Assembly (NCBI GenBank): GCA_963169225.1
Contig: CAUJDH010000045.1
Location: forward strand, 1,338 to 65,337
Source of the DNA: Actinomycetota bacterium
GTDB taxonomy: Bacteria > Actinomycetota > Actinomycetes > S36-B12 > UBA10799
DNA length: 64,000 bases
Direction: 5' to 3'
Shown here: piece by piece, positions 9,254 to 20,755 of the stretch
Layout: every line of letters starts with the position of its first letter
How positions within the stretch are numbered: position 1 is the first letter of the stretch
Translations under genes and position numbers: made by a program
The notes under the pieces: model-generated
The model's input: only the letters and a program-made list of their open reading frames with translations
Databases searched by the model: none
Told to the model about the DNA's origin: nothing

Positions 9254-10120
9254 TTAGCGCAGCTGTTCGACGTCGCCGACGTTGACGGTCACAGTAGATC
9301 CGTTCCCCTGGTCAACTAAGAGTTGGCCCAGCTCGTCAATCCCGGTCGCGGTGCCACGAACGGGTTCGTCCGACACACCTTGAACACTTACTTGAGCACC
9401 AATTGTCGAACTGACCTGCTCATACTGTTCCGCAAGTCTCGCTGACTCAACATTTCCGTTGGTGTCTACCCACGTCCGCCACAGTCGATCGAACTCAACC
9501 AAAATCTCGGCCAAGATCAACTCCCGCCTGAGATTGGTGCCACCGGCTACTTGGGCCGAAGTTGCCGTTGGAACCGGCAATTCGGATTCTTCGCTGGTCA
9601 AGTTGATCCCGATTCCTACGACAACCTGATCAGGACTAGTAGAACTCGAGACCGCTTCGCTGAGGATCCCAGCAAGCTTTTTATAACCGAGAGCGGATGA
9701 GTCAGCGTTTGACTCTTCAACAATCACGTCGTTCGGCCATTTCGTCTTAGCATCTACACCGTGTGCACGTACGACAGTAACGACGGCAAGCCCTGCAAGA
9801 AGCGGGATCCAACCCCAACTTTCAGGTCGAATCGAAGTCGGAACCTGACGGAGTACCGAGAAAGACAACGAGTTCTCACCCTGGTCAGTCCAATGCCGAT
9901 CCAAGCGGCCACGCCCGGCAGTCTGAGTTGCCGCCACGACGACTTGGATCGCTTGATCATTGTCGTGGCTTCCTGCTTGCCCGAGCTTCGCAGCATCCGC
10001 ATTGGTGGATTCTGTCTGCACGACGCTGTGAACGGTTACGTTATCGATACCTTGACCCGCACAAAGAGCGCGTACCATGTCAGCGTCTACGGGGGTGAGT
10101 TGGTTCTGTTGATCAGGCAC
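9254..10120 (-). CDS. birA: biotin--[acetyl-CoA-carboxylase] ligase (group I, no HTH)
   Basis: TQTAGRGRLDRHW biotin-binding loop. At 288 aa it lacks an N-terminal DNA-binding domain. Confidence 0.88.
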   Translation of the reverse strand: MPDQQNQLTPVDADMVRALCAGQGIDNVTVHSVVQTESTNADAAKLGQAGSHDNDQAIQVVVAATQTAGRGRLDRHWTDQGENSLSFSVLRQVPTSIRPESWGWIPLLAGLAVVTVVRAHGVDAKTKWPNDVIVEESNADSSALGYKKLAGILSEAVSSSTSPDQVVVGIGINLTSEESELPVPTATSAQVAGGTNLRRELILAEILVEFDRLWRTWVDTNGNVESARLAEQYEQVSSTIGAQVSVQGVSDEPVRGTATGIDELGQLLVDQGNGSTVTVNVGDVEQLR

Positions 10121-10281
10121 GTTGCTAACGTACTATCACGACAAAGTTGTCGCAATCTGCTCGCGCGCGCACGAATTTTGGTGCCGCTAACCGGGTGAGA
10201 TTGCAGCAAAATCGCAGCTAACGAGACCCGCCTCGCGGCTCGTGGAACTGACCTTGCAGCTACTGCAGGACCTGACAAAGG

Positions 10282-11895
10282 ATGTATATGAGCGCACAGT
10301 CTGCCGAAGCATCAGAGGCCACCGAGGCCTTGGATCCGCAATCGACCGCAGCCAAGCTTGCTGAACTTACTAGGCGACGTGACGATTCCGAGCACGCTGG
10401 CTCGGAACGCGCAATCGAGAAGCAGCACTCCCGCGGCAAGATGACTGCTCGCGAGCGAATCCACATGTTGCTCGATGAGGGCTCCTTCACTGAACTCGAT
10501 GCCTTGGCTCGTCACCGCAGTCACAACTTCGGTCTCGAAGAAAACCGTCCCTATGGCGACGGTGTGGTTACCGGTTACGGCACGATCGACGGCCGTCCGG
10601 TGTGTGTCTTTGCGCAAGACTTCACCGTGTTCGGTGGATCACTGGGCGAGGTCTTCGGCGAGAAGATCGTCAAAGTCATGGATCTGGCTATGAAGACCGG
10701 CGTTCCCGTAATCGGCATCAACGACTCGGGAGGCGCCCGCATTCAGGAGGGCGTGGTTTCGCTTGCCAAGTACGGCGATATCTTCCTGCGTAACGTCCAC
10801 GCTTCCGGCGTGATTCCGCAGATCTCATTGATCATGGGACCATGCGCAGGCGGCGCGGTGTATTCGCCGGCCGTGACCGACTTCATCGTGATGGTTGACC
10901 AGACCTCACACATGTTCATTACCGGTCCCGACGTGATCAAGACCGTAACCGGCGAAGAAGTCGAGTTCGAGGAGCTCGGTGGCGCTAAGACCCACAACTC
11001 CAAGTCGGGTGTTGCGCACTACATGGGTGCAGACGAGGAAGATGCACTCGAATACGTCAAGTCGATCCTTTCGTTCCTGCCGAGCAACAACATGGAGATG
11101 CCGCCTGTCGAGCCAACTCCAGTTGATCTTGAGCCCTCAGACGAAGACATCGCCCTAGACACCTTCATTCCGGATTCGCCGAACCAGCCGTACGACATGA
11201 AAACGGTTATCGAAACGGTGTTGGACGATGAAGACTTCCTTGAGGTTCAACCGTTGTTCGCACCGAACTTGCTGACCGGTTTCGGCCGGGTTGAAGGTGC
11301 ACCTGTCGGAATCATCGCGAACCAGCCAATGCAGTTCGCGGGCACCTTGGACATCGACGCCTCCGAGAAGGCCGCACGCTTCGTTCGTACCTGTGATGCA
11401 TTCAATGTGCCGGTGCTTACCTTCGTTGACGTTCCCGGATTCTTGCCAGGAACTGACCAGGAATGGAACGGCATTATTCGCCGTGGCGCCAAGTTGATCT
11501 ACGCGTACTGCGAGGCGACTGTGCCCAAGGTGACGGTGATTACACGCAAGGCTTATGGCGGAGCCTACGACGTTATGGGATCAAAGCACCTCGGTGGCGA
11601 TATTTCGCTGGCTTGGCCAACTGCACAGATCGCAGTGATGGGTGCGCAAGGTGCAGTGGAGATCCTGTATCGCAAGGAACTCAAGGCTTCGGACGATCCT
11701 GCAGCTGAGAATGCTCGCCTACAGGACGAATACAACGAGACTTTGGCTAACCCTTATCTGGCAGCCGAGCGCGGTTACGTGGATCAGGTGATCATGCCGC
11801 AAGAGACTCGCAAGCAGGTGATCTTGGCATTGCGCGCCCTCAAGACCAAGCGCGAAAGCCGTCCACCCAAGAAGCACGGAAACATCCCACTATGA
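10282..11895 (+). CDS. acyl-CoA carboxylase carboxyltransferase beta subunit (propionyl/acetyl-CoA)
   Basis: Full-length AccD5/PccB-like sequence (537 aa). Followed by the epsilon subunit. Confidence 0.92.
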   Translation: MYMSAQSAEASEATEALDPQSTAAKLAELTRRRDDSEHAGSERAIEKQHSRGKMTARERIHMLLDEGSFTELDALARHRSHNFGLEENRPYGDGVVTGYGTIDGRPVCVFAQDFTVFGGSLGEVFGEKIVKVMDLAMKTGVPVIGINDSGGARIQEGVVSLAKYGDIFLRNVHASGVIPQISLIMGPCAGGAVYSPAVTDFIVMVDQTSHMFITGPDVIKTVTGEEVEFEELGGAKTHNSKSGVAHYMGADEEDALEYVKSILSFLPSNNMEMPPVEPTPVDLEPSDEDIALDTFIPDSPNQPYDMKTVIETVLDDEDFLEVQPLFAPNLLTGFGRVEGAPVGIIANQPMQFAGTLDIDASEKAARFVRTCDAFNVPVLTFVDVPGFLPGTDQEWNGIIRRGAKLIYAYCEATVPKVTVITRKAYGGAYDVMGSKHLGGDISLAWPTAQIAVMGAQGAVEILYRKELKASDDPAAENARLQDEYNETLANPYLAAERGYVDQVIMPQETRKQVILALRALKTKRESRPPKKHGNIPL

Positions 11896-12158
11896 GCCAG
11901 AACGAGGACTTGGAACCTGGCACCGCGGTCGAGAGCGAAGTTGGCGATGGCGCTCAAGACCAGCGTCCCGCATTACGGATTGTCAAAGGTAATCCGACGG
12001 CCGAGGAGATCGCAGCCCTTGTGGCCGTGTTCAGTGCCGTCGGTAATGGGGCAGAAGAGGAGCCCGAACAAGTTTCGGCCTGGGCATCGCCAGCGGTACT
12101 ACACCGGGCTTCACTGCCAGTTGGCGCTCCCAACGCTTGGGTCTTGTCGGGACGGTAG
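11892..12158 (+). CDS. acyl-CoA carboxylase epsilon subunit
   Basis: [20 protein letters not shown] is the signature of AccE. ATGA overlap with the beta subunit. Confidence 0.8.
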   Translation: MSQNEDLEPGTAVESEVGDGAQDQRPALRIVKGNPTAEEIAALVAVFSAVGNGAEEEPEQVSAWASPAVLHRASLPVGAPNAWVLSGR

Positions 12159-12176
12159 GCAACACCAAAGTTCTTG

Positions 12177-12815
12177 CTACTTGTTCCAGAAATCGGTCCA
12201 GTTGTAGCCCAGTTCGCCAACAAGTTGGCGTAACAACGGAATCGACAGACCGACTACATTCGTGAAGTTGCCTTCGATCCCGGTAACAAATGCCGACCCG
12301 ATTCCGTCAATCGTGAATGATCCCGCGACGTGGATCGGCTCACCAGTTGCGACATAAGCGGCGATCTCTTGCTCTGACAGGTCAGCAAACTGAACCTCAG
12401 TCGATTCCGATTTCACAACAAACTCTCGAGTTTCAAGATCAACTACGCAATGCCCCGTATGTAAAACACCTTGCCCACCACTCATCTCACGCAGGCGTTT
12501 GGATGCTGTCGCCGCATCACCTGGTTTACCCATCGATTTGCCACCGAATTCAAGGATCGTGTCTGCACCGACAACGACAGTCGCATCGGTTGACTGAAGC
12601 TGATCCGCTACCGCCAGAGCCTTGGCTTGAGCTAACACAGCGGCAAGACCAGCACTGTCAGCTTGACCGAATCCATGTCGCGCTACGTACTCACTCTCGA
12701 GCACGGACTCGTCGACATCGCTGACAACAACCCGCGGCTCCACGCCTGCAGATTGCAATAAGCCGAGTCGCGCAGGCGATGCCGAGGCCAACACCAACGA
12801 CACATCGCTACTCAT
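12177..12815 (-). CDS. maf: Maf-like nucleoside triphosphate pyrophosphatase
   Basis: LVLASASPARLGLLQ N-terminus and Maf-family length. Confidence 0.88.
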   Translation of the reverse strand: MSSDVSLVLASASPARLGLLQSAGVEPRVVVSDVDESVLESEYVARHGFGQADSAGLAAVLAQAKALAVADQLQSTDATVVVGADTILEFGGKSMGKPGDAATASKRLREMSGGQGVLHTGHCVVDLETREFVVKSESTEVQFADLSEQEIAAYVATGEPIHVAGSFTIDGIGSAFVTGIEGNFTNVVGLSIPLLRQLVGELGYNWTDFWNK

Positions 12816-12862
12816 AGCCCCACCTCCTTGTACATGAATGACTGTAATGAGAAGCTATCTCA

Positions 12863-14179
12863 ATGAAGCCGAGACTAACCGTTATAGGTACTGGATACCT
12901 GGGTGCAGTACATGCTGCTTGCATGGCAATTTCAGGTTTCGAGGTGCTCGCGCTAGACACTGACCAAGCGAAGCTGGACAAGCTCGCAGCAGGTCAAACG
13001 CCGTTCCATGAACCGAAGTTTGCAAACGTGTTGGAGCGCGCATTAGATAGTGGCAACTTGCGTTTCACCACGTCATATGAGGACCTAGGAAAATTTGGCG
13101 ATGTCCACTTCATTTGCGTCGGCACACCTCAGTCCAAGGACGGGATTGCAGCCGATTTGACGTACGTGCGGTCAGCAGTCGAATCACTCGCACCCCATTT
13201 GACGCGTAAGTGCGTCATCGCCGGAAAGTCAACTGTCCCGGTTGGCACAACCGACTGGATCCGATCACGCGTAGCGGAACTAGCCCCATGTGACGACATT
13301 CATATCGCCTGGAACCCTGAATTTTTACGCGAGGGATTCGCGGTTAAAGACACCCTCGAACCTGACCGGATCGTTGTTGGTGTCACAAACCATTACGCCG
13401 AGGACCAGCTGCGCAAAGTCTACGTCGAGCAAATCGAAGCAGGCATTCCGTTCATCGTCACTTCTCCCCCCACGGCCGAGCTTGTTAAAGCCGCGGCGAA
13501 CTCGTTCTTGGCCACCAAAATCTCTTTCATCAATTCCATCGCCGACATCTGTGAAGCTGCAGGTGCAGATGTCACTGAGCTCGCCGACGCAATCGGACAT
13601 GACACTCGGATCGGTCGCCGATTCCTCAACGCAGGCCTCGGTTTTGGTGGTGGATGCCTCCCCAAGGACATCCGAGCCTTCATGGCTCGCGCTGACGAGC
13701 TCGGCGTCGGCCAAAGCCTAGGCATCCTCAGAGAAGTGGACGACCAGAACCTTCGCCGTCGTCAGAGCATCGTAGACAAGGCCGAAGCACTGGCAGCTGG
13801 CGAGCTCGCTGGGGTTCGTATCGCCTGCCTAGGAGCAGCTTTCAAGCCTGACAGCGACGATGTGCGCGACTCGCCGGCCTTGGATGTGGCTGCCCGTCTC
13901 CTGGCCGAAGGTGCTGAAGTAGTCGTCTACGATCCGCAAGCTCGCGAGACGGGACAACGAAGCCACCCTCAGATCACATTTGTTGACACCGTTGAGGATG
14001 CGCTAACTGATGCCCAGCTCACTCTCCTACTAACCGAGTGGCAAGAATTCGCAGACCTAGATCCTCGCGCAACAGCAGATCTAGTCGATGAACTCAAGCT
14101 GATTGATGCGCGCAATGCACTCGATCCCAACGAATGGCGCGATTCCGGCTGGACCTACGTGTCAGTCGGACGTCCATAG
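12863..14179 (+). CDS. UDP-glucose 6-dehydrogenase family protein
   Basis: N-terminal Rossmann GTGYLG, the catalytic GFGGGCLPKD motif and a C-terminal UDP-binding domain. Confidence 0.88.
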   Translation: MKPRLTVIGTGYLGAVHAACMAISGFEVLALDTDQAKLDKLAAGQTPFHEPKFANVLERALDSGNLRFTTSYEDLGKFGDVHFICVGTPQSKDGIAADLTYVRSAVESLAPHLTRKCVIAGKSTVPVGTTDWIRSRVAELAPCDDIHIAWNPEFLREGFAVKDTLEPDRIVVGVTNHYAEDQLRKVYVEQIEAGIPFIVTSPPTAELVKAAANSFLATKISFINSIADICEAAGADVTELADAIGHDTRIGRRFLNAGLGFGGGCLPKDIRAFMARADELGVGQSLGILREVDDQNLRRRQSIVDKAEALAAGELAGVRIACLGAAFKPDSDDVRDSPALDVAARLLAEGAEVVVYDPQARETGQRSHPQITFVDTVEDALTDAQLTLLLTEWQEFADLDPRATADLVDELKLIDARNALDPNEWRDSGWTYVSVGRP

Positions 14180-14352
14180 GGACCTCCTTAGGCCGAGACT
14201 TTGCGACCCGTCTGGCGACACTAAGACATGGGAACCCTAGAATCGATCATTAGTGATTAAACGTGGATCGCCGGTGGATTGCGCTCTGGTAGTCCACCCC
14301 AGACCTCATGGCAAGACCCGCGAAGAAGCGGATCCACTACTAAGGAGTCCTA

Positions 14353-16107
14353 GTGCGTAAAGTCCTGATCGCAAACCGTGGCGAGATCGCCGTACGCGTG
14401 GCGCGAGCCTGTGCGGATGCTGGTATCGAGAGCGTTGCAGTGTACGCAGAGCCAGATCGTGACTCGATTCACGTACAGGTCGCCAATGAAGCTATCGCCC
14501 TAGGCGGTCAGACTGCTGCCGAGTCATACCTCGTAGTCGACAAGCTGATCGATGCTGCCAAACAAACAGGGGCCGACGCAGTGCACCCTGGCTACGGATT
14601 TCTGTCTGAGAATGCCGACTTCGCACAGGCCGTGATCGATGCTGGTCTCACCTGGATCGGCCCATCACCAGACGCGATTCGCAACCTTGGCGACAAGGTC
14701 GCAGCCCGCCACATCGCTCAACGTGCCGGTGCTCCGCTCGTTGCCGGAACTCCTGACCCCGTCGAGACCGCCGACGAGGTTGTTGAGTTCGCCAAAGAAC
14801 ACGGACTACCGGTGGCAATCAAGGCTGCTTTCGGTGGTGGCGGCCGCGGACTCAAGGTTGCCTACACCCTTGAAGAGATCCCCGAACTATTTGACTCTGC
14901 CACTCGTGAGGCCGTTGCGGCCTTCGGTCGCGGTGAATGCTTCGTCGAGCGGTTCCTGGACAAGCCCCGTCACGTGGAGACTCAGGTATTGGGTGACTCC
15001 CACGGGAACGTTGTTGTCGTATCGACTCGCGACTGCTCTCTGCAGCGTCGTCATCAGAAGCTCGTTGAAGAGGCACCTGCCCCGTTCGTTACCGATGATC
15101 AACGTGAGCGTCTGTACGAATCATCCAAGGCAATCTTCCGTGAGGCCGGATACGTCGGTGCTGGAACGTGCGAATTCTTGATTGGTGTCGACGGCACTAT
15201 CTCGTTCCTCGAGGTCAATACTCGTCTTCAGGTCGAACACCCAGTCAGCGAAGAAGTGACGGGAATCGATTTGGTTCGCGAGCAGTTCCGCATCGCCGAC
15301 GGAGAAGAGCTCGGGTTCGGTGATCCAGAGATTCGTGGACACTCCATCGAATACCGAATCAATGGTGAAGATCCAGGCCGGAACTTCCTCCCAGCGCCAG
15401 GCAAGCTCGATGAGTGGGTTCTGCCAGCTGGCCCAGGTATCCGCGTTGATGCCGGATTCCGCCAAGGCGACGTGATCGGGGGCAACTTCGATTCCCTCCT
15501 CGCCAAGCTCATCGTCACCGGAGCGGACCGCCAGCAAGCACTCGAACGCTCACGTCGCGCATTCGAAGAGTTCAAGGTTGCCGGCATTGCAACGGCACTG
15601 ACGTTCCACGAGGTCGTAGTAAACGATCCTGCATTTGCGCCAGCAGATCCAGACGAAGCCTTCTCGGTGTACACGACCTGGATCGAGAACGAGTTCAATA
15701 ACGAGATCGCACCCTACGATGGCGCAGGTTCTGGCGAAGATGATGAGCCAGAAGAGCGCCAGACCGTGGTTGTCGAGGTCGGTGGCAAGCGCGTCGATGT
15801 CTCACTTCCTGCCGGACTCGCACTCGGCGGTGGAGCACCTGCCAAGAAGAAGGCCAAAAAGCGCTCACGTAAGGCGGCCGGTTCAGGTGCCTCTGGTGAT
15901 GCCTTGGCCGCTCCTATGCAGGGAACAGTCGTCAAGGTTGCTGTCGAGGAAGGCCAAGAAGTCGAAGAGGGCGAACTCATCGTAGTTCTCGAGGCGATGA
16001 AGATGGAACAGCCACTAAACGCGCACAAGGCCGGCAAAATCACCGGGCTTTCGGCAGAGACCGGCACTACAATTCCAAGTGGAACGGTGCTCTGCGAAAT
16101 CAAGTAG
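14353..16107 (+). CDS. acyl-CoA carboxylase alpha subunit (biotin carboxylase + BCCP)
   Basis: Biotin carboxylase ATP-grasp domain plus a C-terminal EAMKMEQ biotinylation motif. GTG start preceded by AAGGAG. Confidence 0.93.
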   Translation: MRKVLIANRGEIAVRVARACADAGIESVAVYAEPDRDSIHVQVANEAIALGGQTAAESYLVVDKLIDAAKQTGADAVHPGYGFLSENADFAQAVIDAGLTWIGPSPDAIRNLGDKVAARHIAQRAGAPLVAGTPDPVETADEVVEFAKEHGLPVAIKAAFGGGGRGLKVAYTLEEIPELFDSATREAVAAFGRGECFVERFLDKPRHVETQVLGDSHGNVVVVSTRDCSLQRRHQKLVEEAPAPFVTDDQRERLYESSKAIFREAGYVGAGTCEFLIGVDGTISFLEVNTRLQVEHPVSEEVTGIDLVREQFRIADGEELGFGDPEIRGHSIEYRINGEDPGRNFLPAPGKLDEWVLPAGPGIRVDAGFRQGDVIGGNFDSLLAKLIVTGADRQQALERSRRAFEEFKVAGIATALTFHEVVVNDPAFAPADPDEAFSVYTTWIENEFNNEIAPYDGAGSGEDDEPEERQTVVVEVGGKRVDVSLPAGLALGGGAPAKKKAKKRSRKAAGSGASGDALAAPMQGTVVKVAVEEGQEVEEGELIVVLEAMKMEQPLNAHKAGKITGLSAETGTTIPSGTVLCEIK

Positions 16108-16189
16108 CCAGCTAGCACCAGTCCAATCTTCGAAGCCCGACGCTTTGGAGATTGGCACTTCAAAGATCAACGCTTCGAAGAACGGGCAA

Positions 16190-16930
16190 ATGTTGAAGAA
16201 CCTGGTGCGGTTGCTAGTAGGGCTCATAGGGGCGACACTCCTTGGCTCCTGGCTCGCTCAACCTAGTCTTGCCGCACCAAGCGGAACTCTAGGTCTGGTT
16301 AGTAACGTTCGTACCGACTCGATCCTTGACCCTGAAACAGTCGAATCAACAACAAACAACCCGAACGACCGGGGATCAAGAGCTGAGAAACTCGAAGACG
16401 AAATTGACGAGCCATCCACCACTCAGACGAATTCGCGAACCAGAATTTTGGATGACGCAGTTACCGGTCTGAAAAAGAACCCGCCGGTATACGTCGACCC
16501 ACGGGCACAGCTCGAACTGACCCAAGAAGAACAAGACCAACTGGCTCTGCACATCAAAGCGACAGATGACCCCATATACGTGGCTGTCCTGCCTTCGCAG
16601 GCTGGCAGGCCTACTGTCGTGACCGAGACGATTGCTAACGAGATCGGTAAGCCGGGCGTTTACGTGACGATCGTGGGGGTTGTGTACTCGGCATATGCGA
16701 CCGAGTTCGAGGCCAAGCATCTGCTGACTCAGGCATTTCTTCAAGAACGCCATGACGGACAAGCCGCAGTGTTGAATCGATTTGTCGATCTCACCTCCGA
16801 ACAGTTACGTGGCGAGATACCTGAACCTCAGCCATTTCCCCCATTCTTCATTGTGATCGTGGCGTGCATGGTTCTCGCGCTTCCAGTGATCCTGTTGCTG
16901 TCCGGACGGTTCAATCGCGAACGCGAATAA
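16190..16930 (+). CDS. hypothetical secreted/membrane-anchored protein
   Basis: Signal peptide MLKNLVRLLVGLIGATLLGSWLAQPSLAAP and a C-terminal TM helix. I trimmed the listed ORF start (16079), which overlaps accA. Confidence 0.45.
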   Translation: MLKNLVRLLVGLIGATLLGSWLAQPSLAAPSGTLGLVSNVRTDSILDPETVESTTNNPNDRGSRAEKLEDEIDEPSTTQTNSRTRILDDAVTGLKKNPPVYVDPRAQLELTQEEQDQLALHIKATDDPIYVAVLPSQAGRPTVVTETIANEIGKPGVYVTIVGVVYSAYATEFEAKHLLTQAFLQERHDGQAAVLNRFVDLTSEQLRGEIPEPQPFPPFFIVIVACMVLALPVILLLSGRFNRERE

Positions 16931-17148
16931 GTACCCCAAATACCGCTTGAGAAGCCTTCTTCTTCAACAACGAAATCACTGGCTTAGTTAGGGTTACCTA
17001 AGGATCGCCAGACCACCTCAACTGCCAGAACGAGCCAACTAAGGTCTACACTCAAAGGGTTGGATGACTGTCGCAATTTCATTGCGTGACTGGCTCTTTC
17101 TCGCCGTCACAATCCCAGTCACGAAGACTGTCACTAAAGGAGGCGGAA

Positions 17149-17541
17149 GTGGCCAAGGCCGCTGTAGGAACGCTGTACCGAGGCAAAGACGGCATGTGGT
17201 CGTGGGTGGCCCATCGTATTACCGGCGTACTCGTTTTCTTCTTCTTGCTAGTCCACGTTCTCGATACTGCACTCGTGCGCGTCTCTCCTGAGGCGTACAA
17301 CACGACGATCGAGACCTACATGAACCCGGTCGTTGGCCTAATGGAGATCGGACTCGTTGGCGCGGTGTTGTACCACGCACTCAACGGCATCCGGATCATC
17401 CTCATTGACTTCTGGTCTAAAGGACCGAAATACCAGGCCACGATGCTTCGCACCATCGTCGTAATTTGGGTGCTCCTGATGATCCCGACCGCTGTCACGA
17501 TGCTGACTAGATCGATTCAGCACATGACGGGAGGTGCCTGA
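17149..17541 (+). CDS. sdhC: succinate dehydrogenase cytochrome b subunit
   Basis: GTG preceded by AAGGAGG-N5. Three TM helices with His ligands. First gene of the sdhCDAB operon. Confidence 0.85.
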   Translation: MAKAAVGTLYRGKDGMWSWVAHRITGVLVFFFLLVHVLDTALVRVSPEAYNTTIETYMNPVVGLMEIGLVGAVLYHALNGIRIILIDFWSKGPKYQATMLRTIVVIWVLLMIPTAVTMLTRSIQHMTGGA

Positions 17542-17942
17542 TGTCTGCTCCAGCACTTCAAAACCCGCGCACTAAACGCCAGCTCTCGCGCTCGAACTTC
17601 GAGCAATACTCATGGCTGTTCATGCGCCTATCGGGCGTCGTTCTTATCGTGCTCGTGCTCGGTCACCTATTCATCATGACTTTGCTAGATGGCGGCGTAC
17701 ACCGACTGAACTTTGCGTTCGTCGCCGGTCGTTGGACCAGCCCGTTCTGGCAGTTCTGGGATCTGACCATGCTGTGGCTCGCGATGCTCCACGGTGGCAA
17801 CGGCGTTCGCACTGTAATCAACGACTACGCCAACAAACCTCGCACTCGCCTGATTCTCCAAACTTTGCTGGCGATTGCGGTGATCTTGATCGTCGCGCTC
17901 GGAACCTTGGTGATCTTCACCTTCGATCCGAACCTCACATAG
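17541..17942 (+). CDS. sdhD: succinate dehydrogenase hydrophobic membrane anchor subunit
   Basis: TGATG overlap with sdhC. 133-aa membrane protein at the operon position of sdhD. Confidence 0.85.
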   Translation: MSAPALQNPRTKRQLSRSNFEQYSWLFMRLSGVVLIVLVLGHLFIMTLLDGGVHRLNFAFVAGRWTSPFWQFWDLTMLWLAMLHGGNGVRTVINDYANKPRTRLILQTLLAIAVILIVALGTLVIFTFDPNLT

Positions 17943-18017
17943 TCGGACTAAGAACGAGACTCAAGCCACGAGCCCAGACAAGCTCCAAGCCCAAAGAAAC
18001 TAAGGACAGCCCAGAAG

Positions 18018-19826
18018 ATGCAGATTCACGAATACGACGTAGTGATCGTAGGTGCTGGCGGCGCCGGTATGCGTGCAGCCCTGGAGTCGAGTAAGCGCGC
18101 CCATACTGCTGTGCTGACGAAGCTATACCCGACCCGTTCACACACTGGTGCAGCTCAAGGCGGTATGTGCGCAGCCCTCGCGAATGTCGAAGAAGACAAC
18201 TGGGAATGGCACACCTTCGACACCATCAAAGGTGGCGACTACCTGGTTGACCAAGATGCCGCTGAGATTATGGCTAAAGAAGCCATCGACGCCGTGATCG
18301 ACCTCGAGAACATGGGCTTGCCATTCAACCGCACACCTGAGGGCAAGATTGACCAGCGCCGTTTTGGTGGTCACACCCGTAATCACGGCGAGGCAGCTGT
18401 TCGCCGCGCTTGTTACGCCGCTGACCGCACCGGGCACATGATTCTTCAAACCCTGTACCAAAACTGCATCAAGCAGGATGTTGAGTTCTATAACGAGTTC
18501 TACGTACTTGACTTACTTCTTGACGAGTCCGAGGGTGAGCCTCGCGCGGCTGGCGTTGTCGCCTACGAACTCGCGACCGGCGAGATCCACGTGTTCTCCG
18601 CCAAATCAGTGATCTTTGCGAGCGGTGGATTCGGCAAGGTCTTCAAGACCACATCGAACGCCCACACCCTAACCGGTGACGGCATGGCGATCGTCTACCG
18701 CAAGGGACTTCCACTCGAAGATATGGAGTTCTACCAGTTCCATCCAACCGGTTTGGCAGGTCTGGGTGTTCTTCTCACCGAAGGTGCCCGCGGTGAGGGT
18801 GGCATCCTCCGTAACGAGAGCGGCGAGCGTTTCATGGAACGCTATGCCCCCACGATCAAGGACCTGGCACCGCGCGACATGGTCTCCCGCGCCATGCTCC
18901 AAGAGGTGCGCGAAGGCCGCGGTGCTGGCCCCAATAAGGACTATGTCTACCTCGACCTCACTCACCTTCCCGCCGAGCAGATCGAAGCCAAACTGCCGGA
19001 CATCACCGAATTCGCCCGTACTTACCTAGGCGTGGATCCGATCAGCGAGCTCGTTCCGGTGTTCCCCACCGCGCACTATGCGATGGGTGGCATCCCGACC
19101 AATAACGACACTGAAGTTCTGCGCAATAACGAGGACATCGTGCCTGGCCTATACGCGGCCGGCGAGTGCGCCTGCGTCTCGGTACACGGTGCAAACCGCC
19201 TAGGCACCAACTCGCTGCTGGACATCAATGTGTTCGGTAAGCGCGCAGGTGTGGCTGCTGCCGAGTACGCAAACAATGCCAAGCATGCACCGTTGCCTGA
19301 AGACCCAGCCAAGTTCGTTGAGGATATGGTCGCCAAACTGCGCGACGGCGCGACTGGGCCATCAGTTACTGCATCCGGCCCCAACACTGGCACGGATGCT
19401 GGTGCCGAAGCCGAGGGCACTGAGCGCATCGCTGACATCCGCAAGGCCATGCAAGAGACCATGGACATGAACGCCCAGGTCTACCGCACCGAGGAGACCC
19501 TCACCCAGGCACTCGCCGACATCAAAGAGCTCCAAGAGCGCTACACCCGCGCGACTATCCAGGACAAGGGCCAGCGTTACAACACCGATTTGCTTGAAGC
19601 GATCGAACTTGGGTTCCTGCTCGAACTGGCTGAGCTACTGGTCATTGGTGCACTCAACCGCAAAGAATCCCGCGGCGGTCACGCGCGCGAGGACTACCAA
19701 ACGCGCGACGACGAGAACTTCATGTCGCACACCATGGCTTACCGCCAGCCAGGCGAGACCGAAATCAAACTCGATACCAAACCAGTCATTGTTACCCGCT
19801 ACCAGCCGATGGAGCGTAAATACTAA
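18018..19826 (+). CDS. sdhA: succinate dehydrogenase flavoprotein subunit
   Basis: [17 protein letters not shown] motif, the [10 protein letters not shown] covalent-FAD His, and full-length similarity. Confidence 0.96.
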   Translation: MQIHEYDVVIVGAGGAGMRAALESSKRAHTAVLTKLYPTRSHTGAAQGGMCAALANVEEDNWEWHTFDTIKGGDYLVDQDAAEIMAKEAIDAVIDLENMGLPFNRTPEGKIDQRRFGGHTRNHGEAAVRRACYAADRTGHMILQTLYQNCIKQDVEFYNEFYVLDLLLDESEGEPRAAGVVAYELATGEIHVFSAKSVIFASGGFGKVFKTTSNAHTLTGDGMAIVYRKGLPLEDMEFYQFHPTGLAGLGVLLTEGARGEGGILRNESGERFMERYAPTIKDLAPRDMVSRAMLQEVREGRGAGPNKDYVYLDLTHLPAEQIEAKLPDITEFARTYLGVDPISELVPVFPTAHYAMGGIPTNNDTEVLRNNEDIVPGLYAAGECACVSVHGANRLGTNSLLDINVFGKRAGVAAAEYANNAKHAPLPEDPAKFVEDMVAKLRDGATGPSVTASGPNTGTDAGAEAEGTERIADIRKAMQETMDMNAQVYRTEETLTQALADIKELQERYTRATIQDKGQRYNTDLLEAIELGFLLELAELLVIGALNRKESRGGHAREDYQTRDDENFMSHTMAYRQPGETEIKLDTKPVIVTRYQPMERKY

Positions 19827-20575
19827 TGAGCACAGCAACCGAGCAAGCCACGACACCGGCACCCGCGCCACAGCAGCAGACTGTCACCTTCAAGATCCTG
19901 CGCTTCAACCCGGACGAGGACACCGCTCCTCACTGGCAAGAGTTCCAGGTCGACGTCTACCCGACCGACCGTGTGCTCGATGCGCTCACCATGATCAAAG
20001 GCGAGCAGGACGGCTCACTGACGTTCCGCCGCTCATGTGGCCACGGTATTTGCGGATCGGATGCTATGCGCATCAACGGCCGCAACCGCTTGGCCTGCAA
20101 GACGCTAATCAAGGATCTCAACGCCAAGAAGCCGATTACTGTCGAGGCGATCAAAGGTCTGCCACAAGAGAAGGATCTCGTGGTCGATATGGAGCCGTTC
20201 TTCCAGGCGTACCGCGAGGTCATGCCGTTCCTCATCACCAGCGGCCACGACCCCTCGAAGGAGCGGATCCAGTCGATCGCTGAGCGCGAAGTGTTCGACG
20301 ACACCACTAAATGCATTATGTGTGCCGCATGCACAACCTCGTGCCCTGTGTTCTGGTCCGATGGCCAGTACTTTGGACCGCAGGCAATTGTGGGCGCCCA
20401 CCGTTTCATCTTCGATAGCCGCGACGAAGGGGCTGCGACTCGCCTCGAGATCCTCAACTCCAAAGAGGGTGTTTGGCGCTGCCGCACCACGTTCAACTGC
20501 ACCGAAGCTTGCCCTCGCGGGATCCAAATCACCAAGGCGATTCAAGAAGTCAAGCGCGCGGTTATCAATAGCTAG
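19826..20575 (+). CDS. sdhB: succinate dehydrogenase iron-sulfur subunit
   Basis: Cys clusters CGHGICGSD, CIMCAACTTSCP and CTEACP. Confidence 0.95.
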   Translation: MSTATEQATTPAPAPQQQTVTFKILRFNPDEDTAPHWQEFQVDVYPTDRVLDALTMIKGEQDGSLTFRRSCGHGICGSDAMRINGRNRLACKTLIKDLNAKKPITVEAIKGLPQEKDLVVDMEPFFQAYREVMPFLITSGHDPSKERIQSIAEREVFDDTTKCIMCAACTTSCPVFWSDGQYFGPQAIVGAHRFIFDSRDEGAATRLEILNSKEGVWRCRTTFNCTEACPRGIQITKAIQEVKRAVINS

Positions 20576-20755
20576 CCAGACCGATCAAGTCGAATGTACG
20601 GCTTGTTTGACAAGTGAGTTTGTTGCCAAGACACGCACGCAAACTGACTGCGCGGTATCAATAGGCGGGTTATCGTTGAGTGTTGCTCGCTCAAGGGCAA
20701 ACTGTCCGGGGATGACAGGAAAGCAAACTAAGTTACGAACTAGGGGTTCTAGGGG

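Noticed and set aside
11941-12223. Overlapping 88-89-aa ORFs on both strands across accE.
   Set aside because: The accE frame carries the family signature and is start-coupled to the beta subunit. The alternatives are composition-driven.
14180-14352. Nested complementary segments (GTGGATCGC…GCGGATCCAC enclosing GGTGGA…TCCACC) upstream of the biotin carboxylase gene, as a possible structured regulatory leader.
   Set aside because: The stems are short and imperfect, I recognise no known motif, and I cannot test covariation. The evidence is too weak for a feature call.
16079-16189. N-terminal extensions of listed ORFs: this one, and 6579-6737, 27716-27802, 29278-29316, 48589-48648, 62094-62171, 63178-63264.
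   Set aside because: Each extension overlaps the neighbouring gene or lacks a ribosome-binding site. An internal start gives a canonical N-terminus, signal peptide or stop-start coupling.
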